The notes under the pieces: model-generated
What the model was told of the DNA's origin: nothing
The model's input: only the letters and a program-made list of their open reading frames with translations
Databases searched by the model: none
Shown here: piece by piece, positions 1 through 13,110 of the stretch
How the letters are laid out: each line of letters begins with the position of its first letter
Position numbering within the stretch: the first letter of the stretch is position 1
Made by a program: the position numbers and the translations under genes
Assembly (NCBI GenBank): GCA_951406725.2
Contig: OX597815.1
Location: 81,096,001-81,160,000 of the forward strand
DNA: 64,000 nucleotides
Direction of reading: 5' to 3'
Source: Octopus vulgaris
Lineage: Eukaryota

Positions 1-151
1 TTAACTCTTGCTACAGTGAAATAGAGTAGATTTAAAATTTTTTATTCATCTCTCCAAGAGTTCATTAACCGATGACTAACTCTATTGAATTCCAAAGATG
101 ATAACTACAACGCATGTATCATTGCAAATTGGGACACTAAAAAAAAATTGA

Positions 152-188
<37 letters not shown>

Positions 189-218
189 CATATATATTCA
201 TATGCACACACACACATA

Positions 219-638
219 GGATCTTTTCGGTTTGAACGGCAGTTTTTCTAGCGGTGTCATATGAAATTGTCACCCATAATTATGACCCTAGTATCGATCT
301 ATTGCATTTCAATCTGTTTTAGGGGTAGGGCTAGTTAGGGGTGGGGGGAAGGGTATCTGTTTTTCTTCACAAATGTAAATAAACCCAATCTGTTTCTTAA
401 ACGAGGGACATATTCATACGGCACAGAATGCTTTTTTTACCTCAATAGACGTCAGTGATTGGTTGAAATTGCAGAAATTGAAGAAAAAAAACAACAAATA
501 TCTTACAAACTATAGAATTTTCTCAATAAAACCAAGAGAAAAGATGTTTTATAAACACATTCTACCAGTATACGAAGTTTAAAATTTTTAGTTACCTAGA
601 AATTATGTTAAAAACTGCCGTTCAAACCGAAAAGATCC
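219..638. mobile_element. Non-autonomous DNA transposon (MITE), Merlin-like
   Basis: Perfect 29-bp TIRs GGATCTTTTCGGTTTGAACGGCAGTTTTT (219-247) and reverse complement (610-638); 8-bp direct repeat CACACATA on both flanks (211-218, 639-646). GG termini with an 8-bp TSD match the Merlin/IS1016 superfamily (assignment inferred). Confidence 0.8.
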
Positions 639-1430
639 CACACATACATATATATGCATATATGGTCAAGTTAATCATACATGCAAAATATAAGCCGAAA
701 ATTTAATGGAAAGTTTTCGTCCGTCTTTGAAATATTTAGCTAGATGAGGACCAGCAGTATTCATAGATATTTGCAAGCTAAGCATGGAGAGACTGAAAAA
801 ATGTCAAGCGAATATACCAGTGATTAACTCTGGTTTCTTAGCAAGAAATGAATAACAGACTGATCTCTCCCTGGATAAGTTACTAATCTATTGCGGATTA
901 AATTCCCAGACAGTTTACTGTTTAAGTGTTCTGCACAGACTCACAAACACACAGCAAAAACACTATTCGCCTATCTATTCATTGGACATAATTATATACG
1001 TACAATAGCTATATAGGTACAGTTCACCACTTTTAAGAGCAAAAACCTTTATTATATATAACCGTTGATCACTGCCAAACAAGATGAAAGGCTGTGCCAA
1101 CTAGGCGGGTTTTGAACTCACGACGTAAAGAGACAATGATATACCGTCACTTTTACGATTTTAACGATTCAACCAAACCTACCAATAATTTCGTCTTTAT
1201 TTGGATCTGTGTGTGCGTTTCTTGGCGATGTTTGTAACACTATTGAATAGACTTCGTCAACGGAGAGCCCACTAGGCGAGGGATCATCACCGGCAAAAGT
1301 ATACATCTACACATAATTAGATATGAATACAGTACTCCAAGTCGACGAACTCTGTCATTGAGCCACTGATAGGTTTGGCATCAGATTGCCGAAAAGTAGG
1401 GCGGTTCGTATGTTGTCAGTCTTTAGTTGA

Positions 1431-1660
1431 CCCTGTGTCTGTTCGAAGCATTTTCATAAGTTTGTCCTAAATGTCCATGCTTATTTTCAAACTTCTAGTT
1501 AGACCTTGTTTCATACGTCCTGAATAAAATATAGCTTTCCTTCATAAGTCCCAAGATACGTTAGGTTGAAAAATCTTAGGAATGTGTATCATATATGATG
1601 CTTGGACGCCAGGAAAACATGTCCTGTGTGTCCCATGTGATACACAGGACGGGTGGAGGG
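1431..1660 (-). mobile_element. piggyBac-like MITE, degenerate
   Basis: Ends CCCT...AGGG flanked by TTGA/TTAG (decayed TTAA); internal sequence is the reverse complement of the related copy at 23893-24077 (shared TATGAAAC..ACTAACTA..GAAAA..CATGGAC..TTTAGGAC.AACTTATGAAAAT). Confidence 0.55.
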
Positions 1661-1813
1661 TTAGTTAGTTCAAATAGGATGGAAGAACTAGAATTGTAGC
1701 TGACGGCCAGAGAAGCGTATGTCAACAACATATTAAGCCACTCGTTAACTTTCCTCTTGGCGATCCAACGGTGTAAAAAAAAAGCGAAGCTGTTTGGAGT
1801 TAGAAACCCGACG

Positions 1814-1946
1814 CTAACAAACAAAGCTGGTTTCGATGTCTGAACGGAATTGATCTACTTCAGCCCATCGGTCACAAATGTCCCCCACGGCTGAAATTAC
1901 GAACATCTTTCGCAAGCAGCTTCCAACGAAATCTCCCTTTTCGTAC
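1814..1946 (-). CDS. Putative terminal coding exon of an unidentified minus-strand gene
   Basis: Acceptor atatatctttgtacAG at 1948-1947 in non-repetitive sequence; phase-2 reading (W)YEKGDFVGSCLRKMFVISAVGDICDRWAEVDQFRSDIETSFVC* (TAG 1816-1814) joins in frame to the 17813 donor; minus-strand AATAAA at 1201-1196. No homolog recognised. Confidence 0.3.
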
Positions 1947-2304
1947 CTGTACAAAGATATATTTCATGCCACTTTACACAAACACACACATATATATGTA
2001 CGCGCACAGTATGTGTGAGCAACACAATATCATACATTTGTTAGTGCATCCGTAATTACTATGGAAGTGCATAACGTTATGTTGTGGGTGACATACTAAA
2101 ATGCATTAAGTACATGCACAAACATGTGTGCATGACTATTAGCAGCTTTAGTACCGCTAAATCATTTCTCCAGAATTAACATACGGCTTTCAAGAAGAAA
2201 AAAAAACAGTCTAAATGTAAATGTTTATACGGATATGGAAACTATGTAGGTAGGGTAACGATCATAGAAAAGCAAGAAATATCTATATAGCTGGTACATT
2301 CGAT

Positions 2305-2342
<38 letters not shown>

Positions 2343-3467
2343 TCTTGTCTTGAGACAGCACTCACTCGGGGTGGGTTGAGCTAGCTTCATTCATCATATA
2401 TATAAAATATGCGGACATAGATAAAATATCGGGCATGCCAAATGAGAAGGAATAAGACAGCATAACGGGCATCCGAAAGAAGAGACATATAGATAGTATA
2501 ATGGCTGTCTAAATAATTATAGATATACAGATAGTCTAATGGACGATGCTATATTTGTATAAAAATAGATCCTTGTGTATGTGTGTGTGTGTGTAGGAGG
2601 GACCTAAGTGTTATTTTTATTATTGCAATGACACCAAACGAAACTGCAGACGAAAACTCCAGTACACACACACTCACGTGTTTCTGTATTTATAGATCTG
2701 TGAAGAGAGCGTTGATATATTTCTTTGGAATTAGTTAACCCTCCATCCACCCCCCCTCACGCACACACATACACATTGTGTGAATGAGAAAGATTTGCAT
2801 TTCTGTAATCACATTAATGCCATGCTAGGTCCGCTCCACACACTGGCATACGCACACAAAACACGTGATAAACAGGTTGGAATTTAAAAATTAAAAAAAA
2901 AAAAACAATGGAAAGACTGATAAAAATGTTTTAATGAATGAACGGAAACGGAGCAACAAGGGACAATCATTGAAGAATGATACATGATAATTTTCATAGC
3001 TTGAAATGAGTGAGTGGAGAGCGTGTACGTATGTCAATGTGCGCGAGTTTGTGTTGTGAGCTTATATTTCAAACCTGCTGACCTGGTCGAACGAGCGACC
3101 GATACTGCAGTTCATGTTATATAATCAAGTTTCTCTTACACACACACATACATACACACACGTGTGTGTGTGTGTGTGTGTGTGTGTACGTGCAGCAGAA
3201 CCCTATAAGGAGCACGAGCATGACTTGCATTCTACTCAAAGGCAACATAAAAATATAAAAAGATCTCTGTCTGCATATGTGTATGATCCAGAATACTAAC
3301 ACTCATTTGAACAACAACACCAGAAATGGAAATATATAATTAATCAACTAACTCTATTTATTTAATAATAATAATAACCGTATATTTATTAACGACTATT
3401 TAGTGACGATTGTAATTAATAATCGCTAGTTTCCTAATCGAATAATTTCATTGATACTATACACAGG

Positions 3468-3498
<31 letters not shown>

Positions 3499-5268
3499 AA
3501 CATAGACAAATGCACTAAGACAGATATGTGAACGCATAAACAAATAGTTGGATAAAAATGAAAAAAATAAAGAAACAGTTAAATAGACTGAAAGATAGAT
3601 GTATAAATAGTTAGGCAATTGCTTAAAAGAGAATAATCACAAAGAATGAGAGGAGAGGGTTCCTCGAAAGATAGGAATCTCTAACGAAAAGGAACGAAAT
3701 AGTGCAGACAAAGCAGAAAATGAGAATTGAATAGTCATCATAAATATTGAACAGCTCAGGTTATTCAGTACAGACGTAGTTAGGTATTGATAGGTACTCT
3801 AAAGGTAGTGGTGGTGGTGGTGGTGATGGAGGTGCTAACTAAAGAAAGGGAGGGGTGGGTGGATTCATACATAAATACATTAGTCACAGATGGAAAGATG
3901 GAAAAGATAAGACAGGTAAAAAGATACAAGACACAGCGTCATAAAGAAAAGGATTTAGACTTGCTAGGTATGTTGATAGCGAGTGTAGATAGGCTAATGA
4001 CATAATATAACACCCACAATATATATATACATACATACACACACACACAATGTGTGTGTATGAGAAAGAGAGAGACAGAGAGCGTGTGTAGAGTGCAGAA
4101 GATGATCGTTTTGGAAGAAGGCGGTATGAGCAAACAGTAAGAGTTGGTCGGTGGTGGTGATGAAGAAACGTCAAAGCGTACACATATAATGCTGATCTAA
4201 GCAAAACTAAATCTATCTTCGTTCACGTATTGAACGAACGAATATATCGGTTACTGAGGATGGTGGAGCAACGTAGGATCGGAACGTAAGCAAAGGAGTG
4301 CTGTGAGGGCTATTTTCTGGGAATCTCGACGCGAACGCTAGAAATAGCGACCAACACATCTGTTGCCAGATCTGTACCCTACTGTCTTTAAAAAAAACAA
4401 TAAACTGTATGCAATCTTGGACACACAACGCTTAGAGGGGGGGGGACAAACAAACAAACAGGCGAGGTCATGGATTGGATGTATTTAATTGTAAGTATAA
4501 TGGATTAGGATTGATTTGGGATTAAAATCACGACTACCGCAGTCACCACCATTATCACTACAATGAGGTCTTAAAACTTTGATAATAATAATAATAATAC
4601 ATTCATGCGTTCGTATAAGGCAGACATACGTGTAGAAAGGCAAACTTTATATATATACACGCACACACTCACTCATTCGGAGAAGTACACATGTACTCGG
4701 TGCTAAGCAACGGTCTGAGAAGAGAACCACCTCGGTGAACTTCCATAAGGGAAAAGGCGTATGAATAAGAGTCTGGTCTTGGTGCATACACACATAGGTG
4801 CGTGCGAGTTTATACGGAGAACAAGTGACAAAATATCTTATACCATACGTACATACATGCATTTATATACGCGCGCGTGTGTGTGTGTGTCAAGTGCGTG
4901 TTAGTGAATGCGTTGACACTGCCTGGTCGAGAATATAAAGCAGCATCACACATACACTTCTCATCGTGTGAATAATATACGCATACACACAATAATCCAA
5001 CAGAAAACGCGGATGCTTGTGGACTGTATGGGTAACGCCTGTGCGTATTGTATAGACAGATTTGAAGTGTATTCTCTGAAAGTAAATGTATGTATAAAAA
5101 TAGAGTATTGTGTGAACCTACACACACGCAGATTATGAGTGTGCGTTTTAATGTTAAACGAAGCATAACTACAATACTCTGAAACCTGTACCTAGGTACA
5201 GGTCTTCAAACACAGTATTAGTGCATACCTACACACACACACACACAAACGGCACGCACAGACAGGCT

Positions 5269-5316
<48 letters not shown>

Positions 5317-5759
5317 GCACACAAACAGAGATACAGGGATCAGTCTGGTCTGGCCTTAGCGGAGATGATTATAAACCACACTGCAAGAAGGCATGGAATG
5401 TTATAAATCAAACACACAATCATAGACAGCAATATAATCCATGCCGGAAATTCCCATATTCAATGGGGAGACTATTTAAAGAGATATGAAGAAAGTACAA
5501 GACAGACAGACAAATGCAGATTGAAATAAATGGCTATTTCACAATACGTATTTTTTTTTTTTTTAACTGATTCTCTTTTTTTTTTTGGTAACCACACGCA
5601 CGAACATACACAATGAGTGTGCGAGTGTGTTTATGTGCAATGTAGTCTATACATAGTAGTTGTGTGCCTCGGAATTTAGCTATTCGATAATGATTAATCA
5701 GTGAAATCGGAACCGCACTCAAGTTAGCGAAAGCGCTATCCCAACACGGCCCGGATGTA

Positions 5760-5824
<65 letters not shown>

Positions 5825-5994
5825 TATATCAAAACAGTTTGATTCAAATTCGTTGGCACTCAAATTTAAAATGGCTTAAGACTAGCATTACGGATGAAAC
5901 ACGGAGTACCAACGAATTTGAATAGAATTGTTTTGATCTATGCATGTAACTCTCAAATTTGCTGAGTGTCCTTTTTCGTTGTTTGTCCACTCAC

Positions 5995-6378
5995 GCGTTA
6001 ATATATATAATATATATACATATACATACATATATAATATATATATACATACATATATAATATATATATACATACATATATAATATATATATACATACAT
6101 ATATATATATATATATACATGTATAATATATATATACATACATATATAATATATATATATACATGTATAATATATATATACATATATATATAATATATAT
6201 ATACATATATATAATATATATATACATATATATAATATATATATATATATATATAATATATATATACATATATATAATATATATATATATATATACATAT
6301 ATATAATATATATATACATATATATAATATATATATACATATATATACATATATATAATATATATATACATATATATA

Positions 6379-6413
<35 letters not shown>

Positions 6414-6435
6414 CATATATATAATATACATACAT
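5995..6435. repeat. Compound (TA)n/TACA micro/minisatellite
   Basis: Repeated TACATATATATAATATATATA-like units; source of spurious IY-rich ORFs. Confidence 0.95.
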
Positions 6436-6437
6436 CT

Positions 6438-6552
6438 ATCATCATCATCATCGCCGTTTAACGTCTGCTTTCCTTGCTAGCATGGGTTGGACGATTTGAC
6501 TGAGGACTGGCGAACCAGATGGCTGACCAGACTTCAATCTGAGCTGGCAGCG
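6438..6552 (-). mobile_element. 3' end of RTE-associated retroelement with (ATG)n tail
   Basis: CATCATCATC..TTTAACGTC..GCATGGGTTGGACG..; related copy at 11070-11790. RTE association is inferred. Confidence 0.55.
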
Positions 6553-6702
6553 GTATATATAATATATATTATATATGTATATAATATATATATACTCACA
6601 TATATAACATATATATACACATATATATATATATACACGCGTATATATATATATATAAAACATATATATATATATATATAAAATATATATATATATATAT
6701 AA

Positions 6703-6751
<49 letters not shown>

Positions 6752-6792
6752 TTACATAAGGCCAACGAGGGTACGGACGCCGCTATATATAT

Positions 6793-7008
6793 TATATGTA
6801 GAAAAATACAAACTGGGACAAGAACGTAAAACATTTAGAAGACGATACAAAAAACACGGACGGAACGTTCGAAGCCTTCAATCTTCAGTCAAGAACCGGA
6901 TCATCCTAATCAGCCGAAATTGCTAGGATGAAGGCTTCGAACGTCCCGTCCGTGTTTTTTGTATCGTCTTCTAAATGTTTTATGTTCTTGTCCCAGTTTC
7001 TATTTTTC

Positions 7009-7016
<8 letters not shown>
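6793..7016. mobile_element. Foldback (inverted duplication) of a Penelope-like terminal repeat inside a (TA)n tract
   Basis: 88-bp arms 6793-6880 and 6929-7016 are reverse complements with 3 mismatches; a degenerate CTGAAGA..GAAG/CTTC..GAA-CGTT hammerhead-like core lies on the minus strand at about 6866-6890. The foldback is seen directly; the Penelope origin is inferred. Confidence 0.65.
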
Positions 7017-7048
<32 letters not shown>

Positions 7049-7185
7049 TACATATATACATATATATATATATATTATGCATTTATATATGTATACACAC
7101 ACAAGCATACAATTATGTGTATGTTTGAATATACAAACATAATATAAACATATATATAAATGTATATATATGTATGTATATATAC

Positions 7186-7241
<56 letters not shown>

Positions 7242-7897
7242 CACACACACACACGACAATATGAAATAGTATAAAATCTATGAAATATATAATATTGGAA
7301 AAATTATAAAGACATGCACAAATGCTTTGTAATACAGGTGTATTAATATACAATGTATATATGCATTAATATATGTATATCATATTAACGCATATAATAT
7401 ACATATACTATAATAATTATTAGCACGCCTCATCCTTGCTACCAGAATATCTCATAGACACGGCACAATATCTATCTCTTAAAACTGCTAACACGTGAAA
7501 AGATATTACAAATAAACTCATTCCAATATTCCCAACAGAATCTGAGCTTGAACTTTCTGAAACAAAAGTTTAAGAAGTATTCTGTGGAATGCTGAAGATT
7601 TTTTTCATTTTAATATTTCTGTTGTTCCTTTTAGTACCATCCTATTTCCTTTTTTCTCTTTTATTATTTCCCTCATTGTTATCTCATTTATGATATCTAT
7701 TACCATTAATGGTGTGCATAATCATTTATATTACATTCATTCTCGTGATATTTCATTAAAAGTTTACATCAACGTATCAATTATTTTATTGACATAACTT
7801 ACTTTCCTAAATATGCATCTATACATAGTTTTCTGAAGCAATAATGTCTATTTCTCTTCTCTTACTGTCTGACTAGACACGAGTTGGAGACATGCTA

Positions 7898-8987
<1,090 letters not shown>

Positions 8988-10344
8988 TCAGTAATATTTT
9001 AAGTAACATTCACTTTCCCACACTTGCATAGATCAGAAGAAATTCACAGGGGCACATTCTCTACAACCAGGTGCTCTTTCTGTTTTTTTTTATTATTTAT
9101 ATTTCCAGCCCTCATCTATTTCTAAGCAACATAATATTTCCTATGGTCAGGCATGTTCACTGAATACTGGAAGTAATGACATGGCTTGTATGGCAGTGGC
9201 AACCATTTACAACTGTCCTGAGATGTCAAGGCAAAGAGGCACAAACATACATGCAACGGGACTGAACTCAAAATCATGTGGATGGAAAGTGAACCTCTTA
9301 ATCACAGAGCCATGCCTGCACCGTCATGTTCACTTTTGATCCATGTCTGCATGGATCACATGGAGTTTATTGAAGATTTTCTATGGTAAAGTGTCCTTCT
9401 GGTTGCCAAGCCTCACCTGCTTGCAAGAAGGTAATATTTCCCAAAGCTTGTATCTCAGTGACATTTATTTACAAATATCATGAGCACACACACACACACA
9501 AAATAGGATGTAGTACAAGAACTCAGCTCTGATGCACTGCTGAAACAGCTGTAAGCTAATGAACTTAAGTGATTTCTGTTACCTTGTCAATCATTAATTA
9601 ATATTATGGTCTGCATTCAATGCTTTACTGTAGAGTGTTTATTAGAATCGTTATGCTTAAGCAAAATCTTAAAATATACACACATGATGTGCTTTTTTTT
9701 TTCAGTTTTGGTCAATGACATCCACTGGCAAGACTTTGAGTGGCCTGAGGCTATATTAGAAACACCAGCCCAATGTGTTATGCTGTGGTGCTGTCCCTGA
9801 AATCATATGGCAGTGTGTTTAAGAATCCACTTTCCAGTCTGTGGTTTCAGCAAATTGGCCAATAGCTTAAGGTCAAGCAAGGACTTACAAATGGATTTGG
9901 TTATGTGGAAACTGAAATAAGCCCTTTGTATAACATATATGTGTTTTTGCAGTTCACTGAAAACAACTGCTGAACAACAAGCAGTGGGGCTTGGTCAGTT
10001 CCTTTGATAATGAATAACCAGCTGGCCATAGGCCTTCAAAAACACAAGATATTTTTGTTCATCTAAATACATATAAAGATTTCCACTTAGACATACAAAC
10101 CTGTATACATATACATTGTGAGTGTGTGTGTGAGAGAGAAAGAGAGAGTGTGAGTGTGTGTGTTATATAAGTTTGACGACATAAAAAACGCACCCTAATT
10201 TCAGCAGTGCTTATTCAGGAAAAACAGAAAAATTTTTTAGTTCCTTAAAGGATGTATTTGTAGGCTCAGCTTGACAAATCAGATCTATGCTGCTTTTCTA
10301 GGAAAGTTTTGTAGAAAAAGGAAGTATCTCATACTCACTCAAAG

Positions 10345-10379
<35 letters not shown>

Positions 10380-11125
10380 AAAATAAATATAAGAGACAAA
10401 ATATTATAATATGTTATAAAATATTATAATAATCCAGGTTTCTCGTAGCACTAGGCCACTTGGTGTGGAATAAATATACTATTAAATTAGTATCTAATTC
10501 TCTCACCCTTATTAATTAATTATATATATATATATATATTTATATATGTTACACACAGACCACATATATACACACACACACACACACACATCTTCTGGCC
10601 TTGAAATTGCTTGGCAGTAGTAAAAGAATGGTACCATCATAGAAGCAGTGTCCTTCATTTTTAATCTTTCCCATGGAGATATGTCCAGCCATGGAGAAAT
10701 ACTACTTTAGCTAGAAATATCAAGGGCATCTGGCTGTAGAAAGTCAGCTTCAATGAATTTGATATGAACCATACAAGCATGGAAAGGAAATTTAAACAAT
10801 GATCACAACACATCTATCCATTTAGTATTTAACTGTTGGGGGGGGGGGGGTAAAGAGTGCTCAATACCATGGTAGAGATTAATAAATATATTTTAGTCGA
10901 GTCAGTCTCTTGTACCTTGAATTTAACCAGTAGATAGGTACACACAGTCCAACTTGTCTGAAGATCCTGTAAACCTACTGAGTAGCAAGAGGCTACCGGG
11001 GCCAAAATAAAATAAAATTTTACATACACACCCAGATATATATATATATATGCATGTATATGTATAAAATCATCGTCATCATTTAACATCTGTCTTCCAA
11101 GCTGGCATGGATTAGGCAGTTTAAC

Positions 11126-11662
11126 CAGCGCTGTCGCGTCACTTTTAGAGGGCCCCCTGCAACACTTAGTTTCGAGGCTCCATCCCTTCAATCAAAATTC
11201 GTAATCTATGCACCTTTTATTCATAGCTATATTTTACTTTATTGTATCTGAAGTTCAATATTTCATGTTATCCCAAAGAGCATCTTTAAAAGTACAAGTA
11301 AAATTTATTTAGGTCTATTACAAATTTCAATAAGTAAAACTTCCAGATATGAATGAAAGAGCACTTTTATAATCCAGGCAACTTTCAAAGACAAAAATGG
11401 CACGGAACCATTGATCAGTTCAGAATCATCAAACTGAGGGCTAAGTTAGTGTTCAATAAATATAGGCAATCCACAAAGTCTGGTACATGTTCATGGTACA
11501 ATGCATTACCATTTTATTTCTTGAACTTCTCAGTTAATATAAATAGTTTAATTTTTGTTCAGCATCTTAACTAAAGTAAATAAATGATTCATCTACATAC
11601 TTTGATCTTAACATGGCACCACCTGAGACTGCAAGAGTTGCAGGGGCTTAGCAATGGCCCTG
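11126..11662. mobile_element. hAT-like MITE nested in an RTE-tail repeat
   Basis: Termini CAGCGCTGTCGC / GCAATGGCCCTG (8/12 inverted match), subterminal CCCCTGCAAC/GTTGCAGGGG, and 8-bp TSD AGTTTAAC (11118-11125) / AGTTTGAC (11663-11670); the host repeat resumes after it. Confidence 0.7.
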
Positions 11663-12569
11663 AGTTTGACTGGGATTGGTATGCCAGAGTGCTGCACCAA
11701 GCTCCAGTAATCTGTTTTGGCTTAGTTTCTACAGCTGGGTGCCCTTCCTAACACTAACGACTTTATAGAGCGCACTGTATGCCTTTTATGTGTGTGGGTA
11801 TAGATGCATGAACCCACATACTAAGATATTTATATGAGGAATAGTCACCAAAGTTTCTCAATAACCAGTGAGGTAACACATTCTAAGTATTCCACACCAC
11901 TTCCGTATAATTAATATCCATGGAAAGACATCTCAGCAATTTACCTGTTGAACCTGCATTCTCAGTCATTAAATATCTTGCTTAGGTGTAGCAAGCTTAT
12001 ATTACTTAGATTTATGTGAATCCCCCCTCATATGTCTGTGTCTGTTATGTGCGCATATATGTTCACTTCCCAGCCATATGGTCTCAGGTTCAGTTCCATT
12101 GTGTGGCACTCTAGGCAAGTGTCTTCTGTTATAGTTCCAGCCAACCAAAGCCTTGTGAGTGTTTTTGTTAGATGGAAACTGGAGGAAGGTCATCATATAC
12201 ATATGTGTGTGTGTGTACATGCACATAGGTTTACATTTGCACAAAAAAAAAAAAATGCTGAGTTACAAGCGGTGACATTGTTGTCATTTCCCTTGCCAAC
12301 AAATAGCCCAATGACTTTGCACCTTTGAAGATGTGCGCAAAATAAGAAATCCATTACAGCAGGAAATGCTTAGGTCAGCTATTTTGTTCTTTTGAGAAAA
12401 CCCAAAGTAAATTATGGCCACACAAGAGGTGTATAGGGTATAAACGTGATCACAGGTTCGATGATACAGAAAGAAAATTTCTCTTGTTGCAGATACACAG
12501 AAATAACTGACAGTACCTTTGAGCACTTTAGGAATAAATTATTCTGAAGGCTAAGATGGTTTATCAGAA

Positions 12570-13110
12570 GTAATCTTAGTAACCTAATTAGTGGAACTGG
12601 GGTTCTGAAAGCATGGCAGCTAGCATAGAAAACATTGTGGAGGAAGTTCACAGATTTCTTTCTTCTGCTAGCAACGAAAGGCTTCTCTTTCCACATGAGG
12701 AGTGGATCGGATGATGGTTGTGTAACAAGTGTGATGTTGTACAGAAGCAAAACATGGGGACTGCATGAAAAGGATGTGTGAAGGTTGGACAGAAAAGAAG
12801 TGAACATGCTCTGCTAAGATGTGTAATGTTAGTAAGGATAAAAGACTAGTACAAATGACAGAGGAGAAAAAACAAAAACCTAAAAAAAACTAAGTATAAA
12901 TGGAATTAGATGTAACGTGACTCAGACAGATGACTAATATTGTACAGAAACATAATGTACATGAAAGGTACATTATCTGGATAAAATAATTGCCAGGTGA
13001 TCCAAGAGGAAGGAACCAGTAGAAGTGATAAATATCACATGTGAATCTCTCAGGGCCAGGAGGCTGAGTGTCACAAAAAAGATCACAAAGTTTGCAACAA
13101 GTGGCAAAAC
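12570..13110 (+). pseudogene. Decayed RTE-clade LINE, C-terminal part of the RT ORF
   Basis: Reads WRKFTDFFLLLATKGFSFHMRSGSDDGCVTSVMLYRSKTWGLHEKDV*RLDRKEVNMLC*..MCNV, resembling the RTE motif SVMLYGSETW..RLER.E..MLRWMC; contains stops and frameshifts. Confidence 0.75.

Noticed and set aside
4213-4428. Minus ORF containing KDSR, tempting to join to LLNG as a muscleblind-like start
   Set aside because: No WLxLEVCREF or CCCH zinc finger follows, and the segment overlaps a family D repeat.
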